Shown here: positions 18,928 through 32,087 of the stretch, piece after piece
Layout: each line of letters opens with the position of its first letter
How positions within the stretch are numbered: the first letter of the stretch is position 1
DNA from: Azolla caroliniana
Lineage: Eukaryota; Plantae; Polypodiophyta
Direction: 5' to 3'
DNA: 64,000 nucleotides
NCBI GenBank assembly: GCA_043228905.1
Contig: JBHGNT010000014.1
Location: 9,486,001-9,550,000, forward strand
Notes under the pieces: model-generated
Database searches by the model: none
The model's input: the letters and a program-made list of their open reading frames with translations, nothing else
What the model was told of the DNA's origin: nothing
Made by a program: the position numbers and the translations under genes

Positions 18928-21451
18928 GTCTGCTTCGAGGTCGAGGAAAGATGGCAAGGTAGAGTGGTGATGAGAGTGAGAGCGAGAGAGAGAGAGTTCC
19001 GAACGTGGGGGTTCTCTGAGTGCAAGTTCGCGTTTGCTAAGCTTCCACTGCCTTGGTGCTTCTGTGCTTCTTGGCTCGCGAAATGAAAAGGTCTCCATGC
19101 GTTCTGCTTTTTCTCTGTGCGTCTTGGCGCCTTTTCCGAGCATGCGCACGTCGTGTACCAATTTAGTATTAAGTAACGTGGCGGCTCTTAAATGCCCACT
19201 ACGTACCTTTTCGCTCCTTGCTTTCACGTCCGTTCATACCTCGATTTTTAATGATTTTTTTTTCTTTTCTCTTGTTGATGACGGTATGTGATCTTACACA
19301 TCCGTAGGTCCCTTCGGACCCTTACCGTTTTCCTTACGGGTTGCCGTGTCTTCCTTCGCCTCTGCTACGGGTTCCCCGTCGTCTTTTTCTTCCATCCGTA
19401 CCGTTCCCGGATAGGTTCCCGGTATAGTGCCGGTGGGCTGCATAAACGGGTTACTTGGCATCGGTCCTTTATAGGGCTTTAGTCTAAATCCGTTGACCCA
19501 CTTGCCTAGCATTTCACCGGCAAGTGTCCCTAACTGATAGGACCCGTTGTATTCCCGTGTCAGCCAATACGGGCCTGTCCATCTAAACCGGAGTTTACCC
19601 GGCATCTTGCCCATCCTCGTTTGGAATACTAGCACCGGCTTTCCGATTTCGAACATCTTCTCATTACCTTTCCGGTGACGGTCAACGAACGCTTTCCGTC
19701 GTCGTTGCTCCAGTTCCATGTGTAGGATGCTGGCCAGCCGTTGCTCCTCCAGTTCGCATAGTGCTGCTAGCCGCATTTCCTCCGACTCCTTTTCATTCAG
19801 CCGTTCCCGTAGTTGGATCCGTAAGCTTGGTACCTGAAATTCCACCGGCATGACCGCCTCTAAGCCGAACGCTAACCGGAACGGCGTTGTCCGGATACTT
19901 GTTTTGTATGCCGTTCGGTACGCCCATAGCGCGCTATGGAGCTTTGTATCCCAGTCCGTCCGGTTTTCATTGACGATTTTGCGGAGAATGTTCTGGAGCG
20001 TTTTGTTGGTTGACTCTGCTAACCCGTTTGCTTGTGGGTAGTACGGTGTGCTCCGTTTATGGACCACGGCATAGAACGTTGTTAAGCTTTCAACTACCTG
20101 GCCGAGGAAGTGCCCTCCTTGGTCGCTGATTAATTCAATCCGACATCCATATCGGCACCAAATGTTCTCGTACAGGAATTTTGCTGTGGATGACGCGGTG
20201 TTGTCTCTCAAGGCCTTAGCCTCCACCCATTTAGTGCAATAATCTGTTGCCACGATGACATAACGATTACCCGTTCTCATTGCCGGTGGCTTGAACGGTC
20301 CGACAAAATCCAACCCCCACTTTTGGAATGGCTCTAGTGGAAGTACCGGTTGGTGTGGCATCTGTGCTTGCTCCGTAGGCTGGCCCATTCGTTGGCATAG
20401 GTCACATTCCTTAGCGTACTTGACGTTCTCGTCACTACGGACTGCCCGTCTCCATATTCCATCTGCTCCCTTGTGGTAGAGAGTTTCCCGTAACAGACAG
20501 AAATTGCGGCTCTGCACCGCCAGTCGTTTCCTCTCGTCCCGGTTCATTTCCTCCGGTGGCAGGCCCGTGCTTAGGAACTGGTGCATGTTTGTCAGCCACC
20601 TATCTTCTGATGCCACCGTGTCGTCCGTTGCCGTTTCCGGGGTGATACGGAATAACTCTGCGTCCGGGAATTCATCCGATACTCCGACGCCTGATTCTCC
20701 GGACTCTAACCGGCTCAGGTAGTCTGCTACGGCATGCTGGATACCGGGCCGGTGGAAGATCTCGAATTCGAACTCCTGCAACAGCAAGGTCCAACGGGCC
20801 AACTTACCGGTCAGGGACGCCTTGGACACTAAGTACAGGAGCGCCGAGTGATCCACATGAAAGGAGAACTTCCTTCCCAATAGGTAATGACGAAACTTTG
20901 TTACACTGTAGATCATGCCCAGGGCCTCCCGTTCCATCGTCGAATAGTTCTTCTCCGCTTGGGACAGCTTCCGGCTGGCGTAATATACCGGCCGGTACCA
21001 TTTAGGCTCCGTAAGTTGCATTAAGGCGCTCCCGATAGCGATGTCGGAAGCGTCAACGAACACATGAAATTCCTTGCTCCAATCCGGAGGCTGCACGACG
21101 GGTGCTTGCGACAAAAGTACCTTCAGGGCATTGTATGCCTTATCCTCCGTATCCGTCCATTGGAACGGTGTCCGATGTACCGCGGTGTGTAATGGTGTAG
21201 CCAAGTCAACCAAGTGACGGAGCATCCGGCTGTGCCACCGGATCTGTCCTAAGAATCGGCTTAGTGCTTTGGCCGTTTTCGGCGCCGGTGCCCCTAGTAT
21301 CGCGTTTACTTTGTCTGGGTCGACCGCAATGCCCTCCTTACTTACAATGTGTCCCAGTAAGATTCCACTTGAAACCCCAAAGATGCATTTTGCTGGGTTT
21401 AAGCTTAGCCGGTATAACCTACACTTTTCAAGGCATAACCGTAGGTGCTGC

Positions 21452-21917
21452 TATTAGAGATTAGGTACTAAAGTAAGCATAAAATAAGGATATATCAATG
21501 ATAGATCTAGAAAGAATAGAGAGAAAAGAGAGAAAGAAGGGTGCCGATCCACCCGACCACCCCCGAGCGAAGGGATCGAGACGGACTCGAGCCTCGATCG
21601 GCGTCCCATACCACCGCCTTGGCGTCGAGTCGTACCTGGACGATAGCGCGCTTGCTACAAGAGTCGTTCCACTCACGGACAGAGTCTCGACGTAGTCAAT
21701 GCATGCCCCAAATGAGGGTAGCTAGGCCTCTTATTTATAGTAATTCTCAAGGCCCCCAGCCATGTTCACACTTGGCCTCATGGGTTGTCTCAATCCCGAG
21801 GATTAAAAGTAATCCTCCCCTTCTTTAGACTCTTTGTTTAACCCTCACACTTATCCACGTGTATAGAATACTACGACAATTCTCACCACGGGATATTATA
21901 TGGTCATGCCCGTAACA
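21452..21917 (-). repeat. 3' LTR of element C (TG...TA termini)
   Basis: Direct repeat of 28036-28501. Confidence 0.96.
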
Positions 21918-24900
21918 TACTCCCCCTCTTTAAAACATTGCACTCTTGCAATGGAAAGTTAGGGAAGTTAGTTCTTAGAGTCGTTTCGCGTTCCCATGTG
22001 GCATCTTTGATTGATTTATCCATCCATTTTATTTTAAATTCTCGGATTTCCTTAGCACGTAATTTTTTTGTTTTAACATCGAGAATTCTTTCTGGTACAT
22101 GTGGTTTAGAAGATAAATCTTCAGAAGTAACCAGAGTTTCAGTTGTAACTGTATTGTCGCCAGAACCTAGAAGTTCTTTTAGACGACTTACATGAAAGAC
22201 TGGATGGATTCCAACACCATCGGGAAGAGCGAGACGATAGGCTGATGATCCAATGCGTTTGAGGACTGTAAAAGGTCCACAAAACCGTGGGGCTAACTTA
22301 GCGCACTTACCCGTAGACAATGTCTTAGAATTGTGAGGTACACGTAAAAATACCTTCTGTCCAGGGCTGAATACACGAGGTTGCCTATGATGATCGGCAT
22401 AAAAACGCGCTCTATCTTGAGCTGTTTTTATATTATCCCGTGCAATATGCAACATATCTTGCATATCCCGAAGAAAGTTTTGCATACTTCGCAACTCATC
22501 ATGATGTATATTAACATCAATCGGGGCTCGTGGCTGAAATCCATACATCAACATAAAAGGACTATATCCCGTCGACGTATGCTTGGAGCTGTTATAAGGA
22601 AACTCCAAAATTGGGAGGTAACGTTCCCATTTTGTTGGTTTTGCACCAACGTATGCTCGAAGCATGTCCTCAATAATTTGATTTACTCGTTCTGTCTGTC
22701 CATCGGATTGAGGATGATCCGTGGAGATCATGCTCAACGTAGTTTCTAACTTCTTAAAGACTTGCGTCCAGAAGTCACTAGTAAACTTCGGATCTCGGTC
22801 ACTCACGATATCCATCGGTAACCCGTAAAAACGAAATAACTCATCAACGAATTGGTAAGCCAATTCAGGAGCTGTTACCGTGGTTTTAGTAGCAATAAAT
22901 CTGGCCATTTTAGTTAGTCTGTCAACCACAACCCATATGGCATCATGACCTTTTTGGGTGCGAGGAAGGCTAACAATAAAATCCATGGATATACTTTCCC
23001 ACTTATTATTGGGAATGTCCAAGGGATGTAAAAGTCCTGCGGCTTTAAGTCGCTCGGCTTTGTTAACCTGACATTGGTGACATTTAGTCACATAGCTATG
23101 TATGTCAGGACGCATCTTAGGCCAATAAAATTGAGTGGAGATGAGAACGAGTGTACGATGTATTCCAGGGTGCCCTGCTGAGGGTGCATCATGGCATTCA
23201 AAAAGAATTCTCTTTTTGACCTCAGGTAAATCTGGAACACAAACCTTCCCATTACGGTAGAGCAGACCGTTAGCAATGTGGAAGTATTCCTTCGAGGGTG
23301 TGGTGGTGTCTGTTCCAGACTCGACTCTTGCCCAGTATTTTGCAAAATAATTGTCATCAGGATACTTTCCTCGAAGGTGATCATAAAGATCTGATGTTAT
23401 TTCAGTGAAGCTAAGCATGTTAACTTCACGGATGCGACTTAGTGCATCAGCGACAGTATTCATGGAACCTTTACGATATCGTATGGAAAAATCAAAGTCC
23501 TGGATGAGATCAGCCCATCGTGCCTTACGACCTTTCAGGTCTTGTTGGTCACAAAAATATTTCAAGGACTCGTGATCCGTAGTTACCACAAAGCGATTTC
23601 CATAAAGATAATGGCGCCATGTTTTGAGCGCATGTATAACCGCAAATAATTCCTTTTCTTGAACGGTATACCGACATTGAGCAGAATCAAGTTTCTTACT
23701 CTCAAATGCTATTGGTTTACCATCTTGATACAAGACAGCACCTATAGCATAATCGCTTGCGTCGGTTTCAACCTCAAAAGGTTTTGAAGGATCGGGTAAA
23801 AGAAGTGAAGGAGCCTTGCATACCAAGTCCTTGAGTTCCTTAAAGGCGAGGTCTAGTGTAGCATTCCACACAATAGGTTTTGTAGACTTACGCGTTTGAC
23901 CTTTTAGAAGATCAGTAAACGGCGTCGTCAATTGTGAGTAATTACGAAGAGATTTTCGCAAAAATCCGACAATACCAAGGAATGATCGAACTTCTCGAAT
24001 ATTCCGAAGAGTGGGCCAAAGCTTGATTTTCTCGATGCGAGAAGGATCAATTTCAACTCCTCGTTCGGTTATGAGATGTCCAAGATAAGTAATTGATTTC
24101 TTGAAGAACTCACATTTTGAGATCTTCGCGTAAAATTGTTTGCCACGCAATATTTGTAAAACAAAGCGGACATGTCTAGCATGTTCTTGTAATGTACGGC
24201 TATAAACTAAAATATCATCTAAGAAGATAACGACAAATTTTCCAAGTTGTTCTCGGAAAATGTCATTCATTTCTTGTTGAAATGTAGCCGGAGCATTGGT
24301 CAAACCAAAAGGCATAACCAAAAACTCATAATGGCCGTAGCGCGTACGAAATGCTGTTTTAGGAACATCGTCCTCACTTATTCGTATTTGATGGTAGCCA
24401 GTACGGAGATCAAGTTTCGTAAAATACCGAGCTCCCTGGAGACGGTCAATTAGATCGTCAGCCCGGGGCAATGGGTACGAATTCTTGATCGTCACTTTAT
24501 TCAAGCGTCGGTAATTAATACACATACACCATGTGCCCTCTTTCTTTTTAACCAAGAGAACTGGTGCACCCCATGGAGATTTACTATAACGTATATAACC
24601 CATTCGTAAATAGTCCTTAAGTTGCTTAGCTACCTCATCCTCTTCAGATCGACTTAGGCGATACGGAGGTATACTAATGGGTGCAATGCCAGGTACAATA
24701 TCTATACGATGGTCTATATTACGTTTAGGAGGTAAACCATCGGGTAGTTCACTCGGAAAAACATCACGGAAATCGTTTACGATTTCATCAAGTTGTTTTT
24801 GTTCAAAATATGTTAATTGACCCGAGACATTCTCGATATTGTAAACGTGAATGTCCGGATCAAGTACACAATAAAATAATGTAGAACAAGACAACTCGGA

Positions 24901-26337
24901 TATTGATGGACACGAGGAAACAATCGAGAGGGATTGTTTTGTTACACATTGAATAAAATGCGTACAATCGTTGAGTACAAAAGAAATGGAATGGCGAACC
25001 CAATCAATAAATAAAGAAGAGCTTTTATTATAAAACCAGGGATAACCCAGTATTACATCGGTGGTACTAAGATTCATTACATGGAAGTCTACTTCCTCTA
25101 TATAGGTATCAATAGAAATTCCTAAAGAATGAATCGCCCCGTTGATGTGTTGTACTCTTCCATCAGCCAAGTGCACCGTGTAGGTGTGATCACTTACGGT
25201 GGGTTGGATTCCCCATATCTGTACCAAACGATCATTCACAAAATTGTGTGAGCTTCCTGAATCAAATAAAAATTGTACGGGAGATCCATTGATATACCCG
25301 TTTGCACGTAGTAAATCATTGGGACCCAATACATAATGAGGGAAAGAACATTGACAATTACTCAAATGATGTGTATAGACCTGAAGGACATTAGGAATCT
25401 GACCTTTATGGTCTGTAGCTTTAGGTTTGGCGTCATGCTCTTTTCGTTGGAGCTTACGACATTGCTCTTTTGTATGACCCTTCTTTTTGCAGAATACGCA
25501 AAAAGGATGTTGTCGCTTATAATCGCGATCCATGAATTCGTTGGGTGTCTTGCGTTTCCCAACGAATTGCGATTGCTTAGTCCCGGGCGCTTCGTTGGGT
25601 TTGTTATGGTCCTTCTTCGAAGTGCGTTGATAGCGAAGAACTATCTCAACGGCCTCTTCGAAGGATTTTGGATCCTTATCATGCACTATCCAGTGATAGT
25701 CCGAATTGGGGATGCCATTGACAAAACAAGCTATTAACCAATTGTCCCCTTCTAGACCCGATTTTTGGATTTGGGTTCTAGCATGGTGGACATAGTCTTC
25801 TAGCGAGGAAAACTTCCTGCTAGAGAGGTTCATTAAAGCTTGTGCTGCCTCGGTTCGAGAGGGAGGTTGTAGAAATTGACCCTTGAAAACTGTGACAAAG
25901 TCTGTCCAGGTCTCGGGCAATCTCCCCAAAGTTCGGAGCCCACGCCACCAAGCGGCGGCCTTACCCCCTAGTTCTCGGCCGACATATGCAATCTTTGTAC
26001 TATCTGGCGTGGGATAGAGCTCAAAATGAGACTCCCATCGGCCCAGCCACGTGCAGATTGCTTCTTCGGTTCTTTCCTTTTTATCTCCCGTAAATGGCTT
26101 TACGACAAATGATGGTTCACCCTGACGCTCATCAGGTCTATTAATCTCATTTTGGAGACTAATGACTCGTGCCTCGAGAGCACTTTGAGATTGCCGAAAT
26201 TCGGTCAACTGCTGCGCGGTTGAACTAAGGAAATGTTGTACTTGTAAAATATACGCCTCAATGGACATTGTCCCAGGAGGATTTCCTTGAGGTCTTTCCG
26301 CTTGAGCGGAGGGCATCGGGTCGTTATTCTGAGCCAT
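21904..26337 (-). CDS. gag-pol: Intact Gag-Pol with C-terminal chromodomain (element C); ORF open from 26427, likely start MAQNND at 26337
   Basis: [14 protein letters not shown] knuckle, LFDSGS protease, [18 protein letters not shown] RNase H, HHCC-DDE integrase, GPF motif, chromodomain PERILD...KWMD...ATWE; stop lies inside the 3' LTR. Confidence 0.95.
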   Translation of the reverse strand: MAQNNDPMPSAQAERPQGNPPGTMSIEAYILQVQHFLSSTAQQLTEFRQSQSALEARVISLQNEINRPDERQGEPSFVVKPFTGDKKERTEEAICTWLGRWESHFELYPTPDSTKIAYVGRELGGKAAAWWRGLRTLGRLPETWTDFVTVFKGQFLQPPSRTEAAQALMNLSSRKFSSLEDYVHHARTQIQKSGLEGDNWLIACFVNGIPNSDYHWIVHDKDPKSFEEAVEIVLRYQRTSKKDHNKPNEAPGTKQSQFVGKRKTPNEFMDRDYKRQHPFCVFCKKKGHTKEQCRKLQRKEHDAKPKATDHKGQIPNVLQVYTHHLSNCQCSFPHYVLGPNDLLRANGYINGSPVQFLFDSGSSHNFVNDRLVQIWGIQPTVSDHTYTVHLADGRVQHINGAIHSLGISIDTYIEEVDFHVMNLSTTDVILGYPWFYNKSSSLFIDWVRHSISFVLNDCTHFIQCVTKQSLSIVSSCPSISELSCSTLFYCVLDPDIHVYNIENVSGQLTYFEQKQLDEIVNDFRDVFPSELPDGLPPKRNIDHRIDIVPGIAPISIPPYRLSRSEEDEVAKQLKDYLRMGYIRYSKSPWGAPVLLVKKKEGTWCMCINYRRLNKVTIKNSYPLPRADDLIDRLQGARYFTKLDLRTGYHQIRISEDDVPKTAFRTRYGHYEFLVMPFGLTNAPATFQQEMNDIFREQLGKFVVIFLDDILVYSRTLQEHARHVRFVLQILRGKQFYAKISKCEFFKKSITYLGHLITERGVEIDPSRIEKIKLWPTLRNIREVRSFLGIVGFLRKSLRNYSQLTTPFTDLLKGQTRKSTKPIVWNATLDLAFKELKDLVCKAPSLLLPDPSKPFEVETDASDYAIGAVLYQDGKPIAFESKKLDSAQCRYTVQEKELFAVIHALKTWRHYLYGNRFVVTTDHESLKYFCDQQDLKGRKARWADLIQDFDFSIRYRKGSMNTVADALSRIREVNMLSFTEITSDLYDHLRGKYPDDNYFAKYWARVESGTDTTTPSKEYFHIANGLLYRNGKVCVPDLPEVKKRILFECHDAPSAGHPGIHRTLVLISTQFYWPKMRPDIHSYVTKCHQCQVNKAERLKAAGLLHPLDIPNNKWESISMDFIVSLPRTQKGHDAIWVVVDRLTKMARFIATKTTVTAPELAYQFVDELFRFYGLPMDIVSDRDPKFTSDFWTQVFKKLETTLSMISTDHPQSDGQTERVNQIIEDMLRAYVGAKPTKWERYLPILEFPYNSSKHTSTGYSPFMLMYGFQPRAPIDVNIHHDELRSMQNFLRDMQDMLHIARDNIKTAQDRARFYADHHRQPRVFSPGQKVFLRVPHNSKTLSTGKCAKLAPRFCGPFTVLKRIGSSAYRLALPDGVGIHPVFHVSRLKELLGSGDNTVTTETLVTSEDLSSKPHVPERILDVKTKKLRAKEIREFKIKWMDKSIKDATWERETTLRTNFPNFPLQECNVLKRGSMLRA
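21920..21932 (-). promoter_or_regulatory. Polypurine tract of element C
   Basis: Minus strand AAAAGAGGGGGAG adjacent to the 3' LTR. Confidence 0.9.
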
Positions 26338-26350
26338 TGAATGATTATTT

Positions 26351-27915
26351 CTGGCAAAGAAATAAGATAAGGTCAGACAAATAGTCATAACATCTTGTCG
26401 TGGTGTAAACATATCATGGGCAAACATTAATCGATATCATGATCTCACGTCAATACCCCTCTAGACGTATGAGATGAGGTTCAAGATCAGGTTACTATGG
26501 TAACACAGAGGTGTTTTAAAAACCATGGGGGTGACAAATGAATGCCTTTCCCTGATCTCTATATCGATTTTTTTCATGGCGGCTCCCCGAGGCTCAACCA
26601 TGTATGTTCGCGTCATGAATAGTTTATACACGAAAAAAATGTTAACAATAACTATGTTTCTGTGCCCACATATGTGGTTTCGGCTCTTTAAGTCCTATTA
26701 CGAGGACCCCGAAGTGCGCTTAGACCTAAAGTCTAAACATGTATTATAGTCATATGTATCAACGATGTTGTATGGTGTTGGTCATATTTGAACTCGAGAC
26801 CTCGAGGACAAATACATTAAACACTTGAGCCAACCAAGTAGATTGCGCGTCTTGAATGTTTAATGTTTGAGGCGTATTCGAGATATGCGAGGCATTTGCC
26901 CCTATATGTTTTTTTTAAAAGAAACATATAGGTCAAGTGGCCTTATTTCTCCCTCATTTATTACCCACTATGGTTGTACGCTACCTACCCTCAAGCCTCG
27001 TAAGTACAATGGCATATGCCAAAGTGTAACCTAATGGTCAAGCCGAATGAGCCCTTCTGTCTTCGTAGGCTCATGTGGCCCATCACATGGTCACGTCATT
27101 ACGAATGCCACTCGTAAGAACGAGCTCATGGTGGCATCGTATCCATGTAACGAGGGGAGATGTTGGATACGTGCGTCATTAGAGCGACCCTACTTGATGT
27201 GGATCAAGCCCGACGTATTCAACATCATTTTGGCTATACGAGGTTCGTTACGTAACGAAATATCAAAGTGACCAACGGGAATTTCAACAATAAAAATTGT
27301 TGATAAAAGGGATGGTGACAACGCCATTCTCACAAAAATGTGAGGACGGCCACCAAAATCCTCTCCCCAATTAGGAAAACATTTGATATGAATCACGTAA
27401 TCTAAAATATACACATATGTCAATATATCACATATATACGATCAGAGACGTATATAAGTGACCACATATGCGTATACTAAATGAATCGTTTTTTTTATAT
27501 AGCCAACAATGATGTATTCGGGATACGTAATCGAGGCATATACCTCTACGCACACGAAACATCCGAAAATAAGGTTAAGCGTAATTCGCAATTGAGGTAT
27601 TGACCTCTTACGCATACTAAACCCAACGCATATCATTTCGAACGAATCGAGGTATTGACCTCGTACGCGAACGTAACATATGTTCGTGAACGTAATACGC
27701 AATTGAGGTAGTAACCTCGTACGCATACGACACTCATCACATATGATTTATATGTCAAACGAGGTATTGACCTCGTGGACATATGTAAACGTTTAAGATA
27801 ACCAATTAAATACCACGTCAACATCATTGAATATATGAAAAAAAAACTACATATTAAGTATACACATGTATAGAAGGGAGAAAAATAATTTGCTAAAAAA
27901 TTAAGGAAAATTTAC
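26351..27915 (-). other. Putative 5'-UTR intron of element C
   Basis: Donor CG|GTAAAT at 27915; pyrimidine tract plus CAG acceptor at 26351, 13 nt before the ATG; AT-rich, no long ORF. Confidence 0.5.
27533..27774. repeat. Array of five GAGGTATTGACCTC-type hairpin repeats with divergent spacers
   Basis: Copies start at 27533, 27594, 27649, 27705 and 27761 (period 55-61 nt). Confidence 0.85.
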
Positions 27916-28020
27916 CGAAGTTCTTTCGCTAATCCTTGTCTGCATGAAGGCGACCGCACAACGATCAATCGCCATCCCACGCGAAGACAAAAAGAAAACC
28001 AAAAGAAACGTTAGTACATA

Positions 28021-28033
28021 GGCTCTGATACCA
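28021..28033 (-). promoter_or_regulatory. Primer binding site, tRNA-iMet (element C)
   Basis: Minus strand TGGTATCAGAGCC, 2 nt after the 5' LTR. Confidence 0.95.
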
Positions 28034-28035
28034 AA

Positions 28036-28501
28036 TATTAGAGATTAGGTACTAAAGTAAGCATAAAATAAGGATATATCAATGATAGATCTAGAAAGAA
28101 TAGAGAGAAAAGAGAGAAAGAAGGGTGCCGATCCACCCGACCACCCCCGAGCGAAGGGATCGAGACGGACTCGAGCCTCGATCGGCGTCCCATACCACCG
28201 CCTTGGCGTCGAGTCGTACCTGGACGATAGCGCGCTTGCTACAAGAGTCGTTCCACTCACGGACAGAGTCTCGACGTAGTCAATGCATGCCCCAAATGAG
28301 GGTAGCTAGGCCTCTTATTTATAGTAATTCTCAAGGCCCCCAGCCATGTTCACACTTGGCCTCATGGGTTGTCTCAATCCCGAGGATTAAAAGTAATCCT
28401 CCCCTTCTTTAGACTCTTTGTTTAACCCTCACACTTATCCACGTGTATAGAATACTACGACAATTCTCACCACGGGATATTATATGGTCATGCCCGTAAC
28501 A
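28036..28501 (-). repeat. 5' LTR of element C
   Basis: Direct repeat of 21452-21917; TATA (CTATAAATAAG on minus). Confidence 0.96.
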
Positions 28502-31500
28502 GCTGCAAATGGTCTTTTTCCCGGCTATAGACTGCAAAGTCATCCAGGAAAACCTGCATGAAGGCTGGAATGTATTCGCCGAAGATCTCCATGATGATTC
28601 GCTGGAAAGTTGCTGGTGCCGTTTTTAGTCCGAACATCATTACTACGGCCACAAACACCCCCCATTCGGTGACGAACGCTGTCTTCTCCTGGTCGTCAGG
28701 GTGCATCCGGATTTGATTGTATCCGCTGAACCCGTCTAAAAAGCTATAAACTTCATGGCCGGCGACGGCATCCAGTACTCCATCCGTGAACGGAAGAGGG
28801 AATGCATCCGTAATTGTGGCTGCATTTAGTTTCCTGTAATCTACACACACGCGGATTTTACCGTTCTTCTTTGGGACGACGACGATGGGGCTCAGCCACG
28901 TCGCTTTCTTTACCGGCCGGATGAAGCCCACTCTTAGGAGTTTGTCGATTTCCTCCTTCACTTTGGCGGCGTAGTTGGGGTTCATTCGGTAACGTCTTTG
29001 CGCCACTGGTTTCACGTCCTTGCCTAAGTGGATCTGATGCTGATATAATTGAGGGTCCAGCCCTCGCATGTCTTCGTATGACCAGGCGAATACGTCGCGA
29101 AACTCCGTGAGAAGTTTGATCATTGCCGCTTTATCTTCCGGCTTCATTTCTTTGGCGATGTGTACCGGCTTTGATTCGTCCTTGCTTCCTAGGTTCACTT
29201 CGTCGAGCTAGGATGTTTTTACCCGTTGGGAAACGACCATTTCCCGTTCCAACGCTTCCTGTGCTTGCCGTAATTCTCGAATCGAATCTTTGTCTGGTTC
29301 GGCTTCGGTTTCGTCCCGCTGCGGCAAGTATGGCGCTACGGCTTCAGCCACGTCAATCTCGAAAAGTGGTACGATCTTCGGGTGTTCCTCCAAGTACTGG
29401 GCTTCTTCGTCGTCTGCCAACCCTTCAAGCATGTTCACGCATTCCGCATACAGCGGTGTGCATTCCTTACCGTTGCTCATCCGTGGTTGTGTCGGTACCT
29501 GGACCTTGGCTTTTCCGCGTCGGAAGGTAATCATATTTTTCCGCCAATTTTGCTTGATGTATGCTGTTTTCAACCATTGGTCTGCCTTGCGCCTTTAGCT
29601 GCAGCACTACAGCCGAGATGTGAAATGTGTGACCTCCTATGGTGACTTCCAATTTCCGTATTAAGCCCGTCGGCCGTATAGAGCTCGTATCCGCCATCCG
29701 TAGCCAGAACGGACATGGCTCCCATTCATGTATACCCAAGGCATCACACGTGCGGAGGCTTATTACGTTCACCCCGGAACCTCCATCGATTACTGTGCCG
29801 GGAAGTTCGTGCCCTTTGACAATAGCTGTAATCACCGGACTACTAGTGTCCACCACCGTCGGTCCCTCCTCCGGATTCGAGCAGAGGACTGGTGCCGGTG
29901 GGGCTATACCGTCTGTCATGACCGTTTTTAGTCCTTCCGTAAATTGCAGCACGAGCTGCAAGAGTCTTCCTAATGACAACGTGATCTGACATTCTTGCAG
30001 TACTTGCCATGTCTCGTTTTCTGCGTGGCTACCGCCGGCACTCCCTATGGTATTCGCCTTTTGCCGTTCCGCGTCCGCGACGTTCCTTTCATTGGCTTCC
30101 TTCACCCATTCCGTCGCCTGTTTTCGTATGGCCTCTTGTGTTTCCCACTCTTTGGCCATGCCTTTCAACCGTGTGGTTACTTGCTGTACATCCGCCACTT
30201 CCGGAACCACCATATTAACTGCTGGTCGTTTATCGTAGCTCTTTGCCGGGCACTGGTTACTGTAGTGGCCTTCCTGCCTGCAGTAGTAGCAGTACTCTTT
30301 ACGGGTATTGCTGGATTCAACATTGCTGGTAGCCGGAGTCGGTCCCGTAGTGAGTGGTGCGTTCTGTGCCGGTTGGCTCCTTGGGGTTCCATGTTCCGGG
30401 TCCCTAGTGTGACCACCTTTCTTGAAATTACATTTCTTATTATTCTTATTTTTATTTCGGTAGTCCTGTCGTGGTGGATCGTAAAATCGGCCGTAGTCCT
30501 CCTGGTGCCTTCGGTAACCAGGGGAATGGTCTCTGTCGTATTGCTCGTGTCGTCTGTTGGACTCCCGATAACGGTCCGATCGCTCATACCGGTCGTAGTT
30601 ATCATGCCGATCCCCATACCGGCCATCATTCTCTTGTCTGTCTCCGTACCGGACATCCTGTGCCGGTCGGTACCGGTTCATTCTTTGCCAACGATCTTCA
30701 TCTTCGTCTCGGCTGCTTCTTGGCTCGATCCGTCGAACGGGTGGTGCTTGTCGGTTTAGCAGGTTATACTCGCACCGGTCCATTGTATGACTCTTGGATT
30801 GACAAATCACACACTGGGTTCGCATGGTGCACTCCACTGCCGAGTGTCCGGCATTCAAGCAGATTGTGCATTGAATTGCCTGCCGGAACCGGAGATCTTC
30901 ATTTGTGGGTAACGCCCGTTGCAATGCTCCCAGTGTAAGCCATGAGCTTGACTTTTCCATTTCTCTGACCCGGTCAATGACCTGGTCAATGGTGCTTCCT
31001 CGAAAGTCGATCACCGTACACACCGTGCGTAACGGTTCCCGGAGTGCGTTTAAAAATATCGTCCGTAATTCCTCCTCCGGGGGTGCACGGGTAAGCTGGC
31101 TATGTATTCGTTGGAAACGGATGACGAATTGGGGAATGCTTTCCCCTGCCTCCTGTCGGATCGTATAAAACAGGCCCACCATCGTCGTCTGGTCGACCTC
31201 CTTGTGGAAAAAATGCAAGAATTTTGCTTTTAATTCTGCAAAGGTTGTGATGGTTGCCGGGTCCTGCGTCCGCCGCCATCGTGCCGCTGGTCCTTCCAAC
31301 GTGACCCCGAATTCCGCTATCTTCGAGCGTTCTTCTTCCTCCGGTGTCAATCGCTGGGACGCGTGATTTGCTTCCCATGTCTGCTCGAAGGCATGAACAT
31401 GCGCTTCCGCGTCCGGATCATCACGATACTTTGAGTATTGGAACGGCATGTCGTCGTCCAGTATTAGGCCGCGGTTTAGTGGCGTTTGTCGATATCTTTC

Positions 31501-32070
31501 CGGTTTTCTCTCCTGTTCCACTTCCGGTTCTTTTTCCGGTTCCTTCACCGGCTCTTTCGTTGGTGTCGGTGGCTTTGCTTCTTCCACTTCCGGTGTTGGT
31601 GGGTTGACGGCTTCCGTTTGCGGTTCCGGATAGCCCTGGTCGAACGGTTCCGGTTCTGGAGTCGGCACGGTATCCGACCCGTCGTCCTCCGGGCCGCCGG
31701 GGGTATCGTTGCTGCTCCGGTAGTTCGTGTGCACACTGTATCCCCGTTCGGAATCCGATTCGTAGGCTGAAAAGGCTTCTGCCTCGTTTTCTCCGCTTGC
31801 CAGCGCCTCGAGGAGGTGTTCGGTTTCCCGGAGACTACTTAGACCGCTTCCGTCGTCCTGGTCGCGAGTTTGCTGTAACCGAAGAGATTTCTCCGCGACT
31901 CTCTGGATCTCGTTGGAGAACGAACGATCCAAGCGAATTTCGTGCGCTGCTTGCTGGAAAGTCTCACGCCGTCTTTGCCGTTCGGCGAGGCGTCGTGCTC
32001 GGTCTGTAACCAGGTCGTGCGTTGGTCTAGTCATCCATTAAACCGTCGTTCGCTGCGAGAAAGCAGGAAT

Positions 32071-32081
32071 TGTGGTCGCCA
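32071..32081 (-). promoter_or_regulatory. Primer binding site, tRNA-Arg(UCG)-like (element B)
   Basis: Minus strand TGGCGACCACA, 6 nt after the 5' LTR. Confidence 0.7.
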
Positions 32082-32087
32082 AAACTG

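Larger units (their letters stand above)
21452..28501 (-). mobile_element. Element C: intact young chromovirus (Ty3/Gypsy) nested in the RT of B
   Basis: 466-bp LTRs 21452-21917 and 28036-28501 with no visible differences; TSD GCTGC at 21447-21451 and 28502-28506; removing C restores B frame DHLQHLR. Confidence 0.97.
19294..32034 (-). pseudogene. gag-pol: Gag-Pol of element B: RT core present but split by C; small frameshifting deletion ~29580, stop at 29208, integrase HH zinc-finger part deleted ~20425
   Basis: Pieces 29467-32034, 29208-29573, 28502-29198 (YSFLDGFSGY, VFLDDFAV) and 19294-21451 align to element A. Confidence 0.93.

Noticed and set aside
21461-21828. Small ORFs duplicated at 21461-21828 and 28045-28412
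   Set aside because: Identical only because they lie within the two LTRs of C; no coding evidence.
27533-27774. CRISPR array interpretation of the hairpin repeats
   Set aside because: Repeats are only ~14-23 nt and degenerate, spacers are partly related, there are no cas genes, and the context is a eukaryotic retrotransposon leader.
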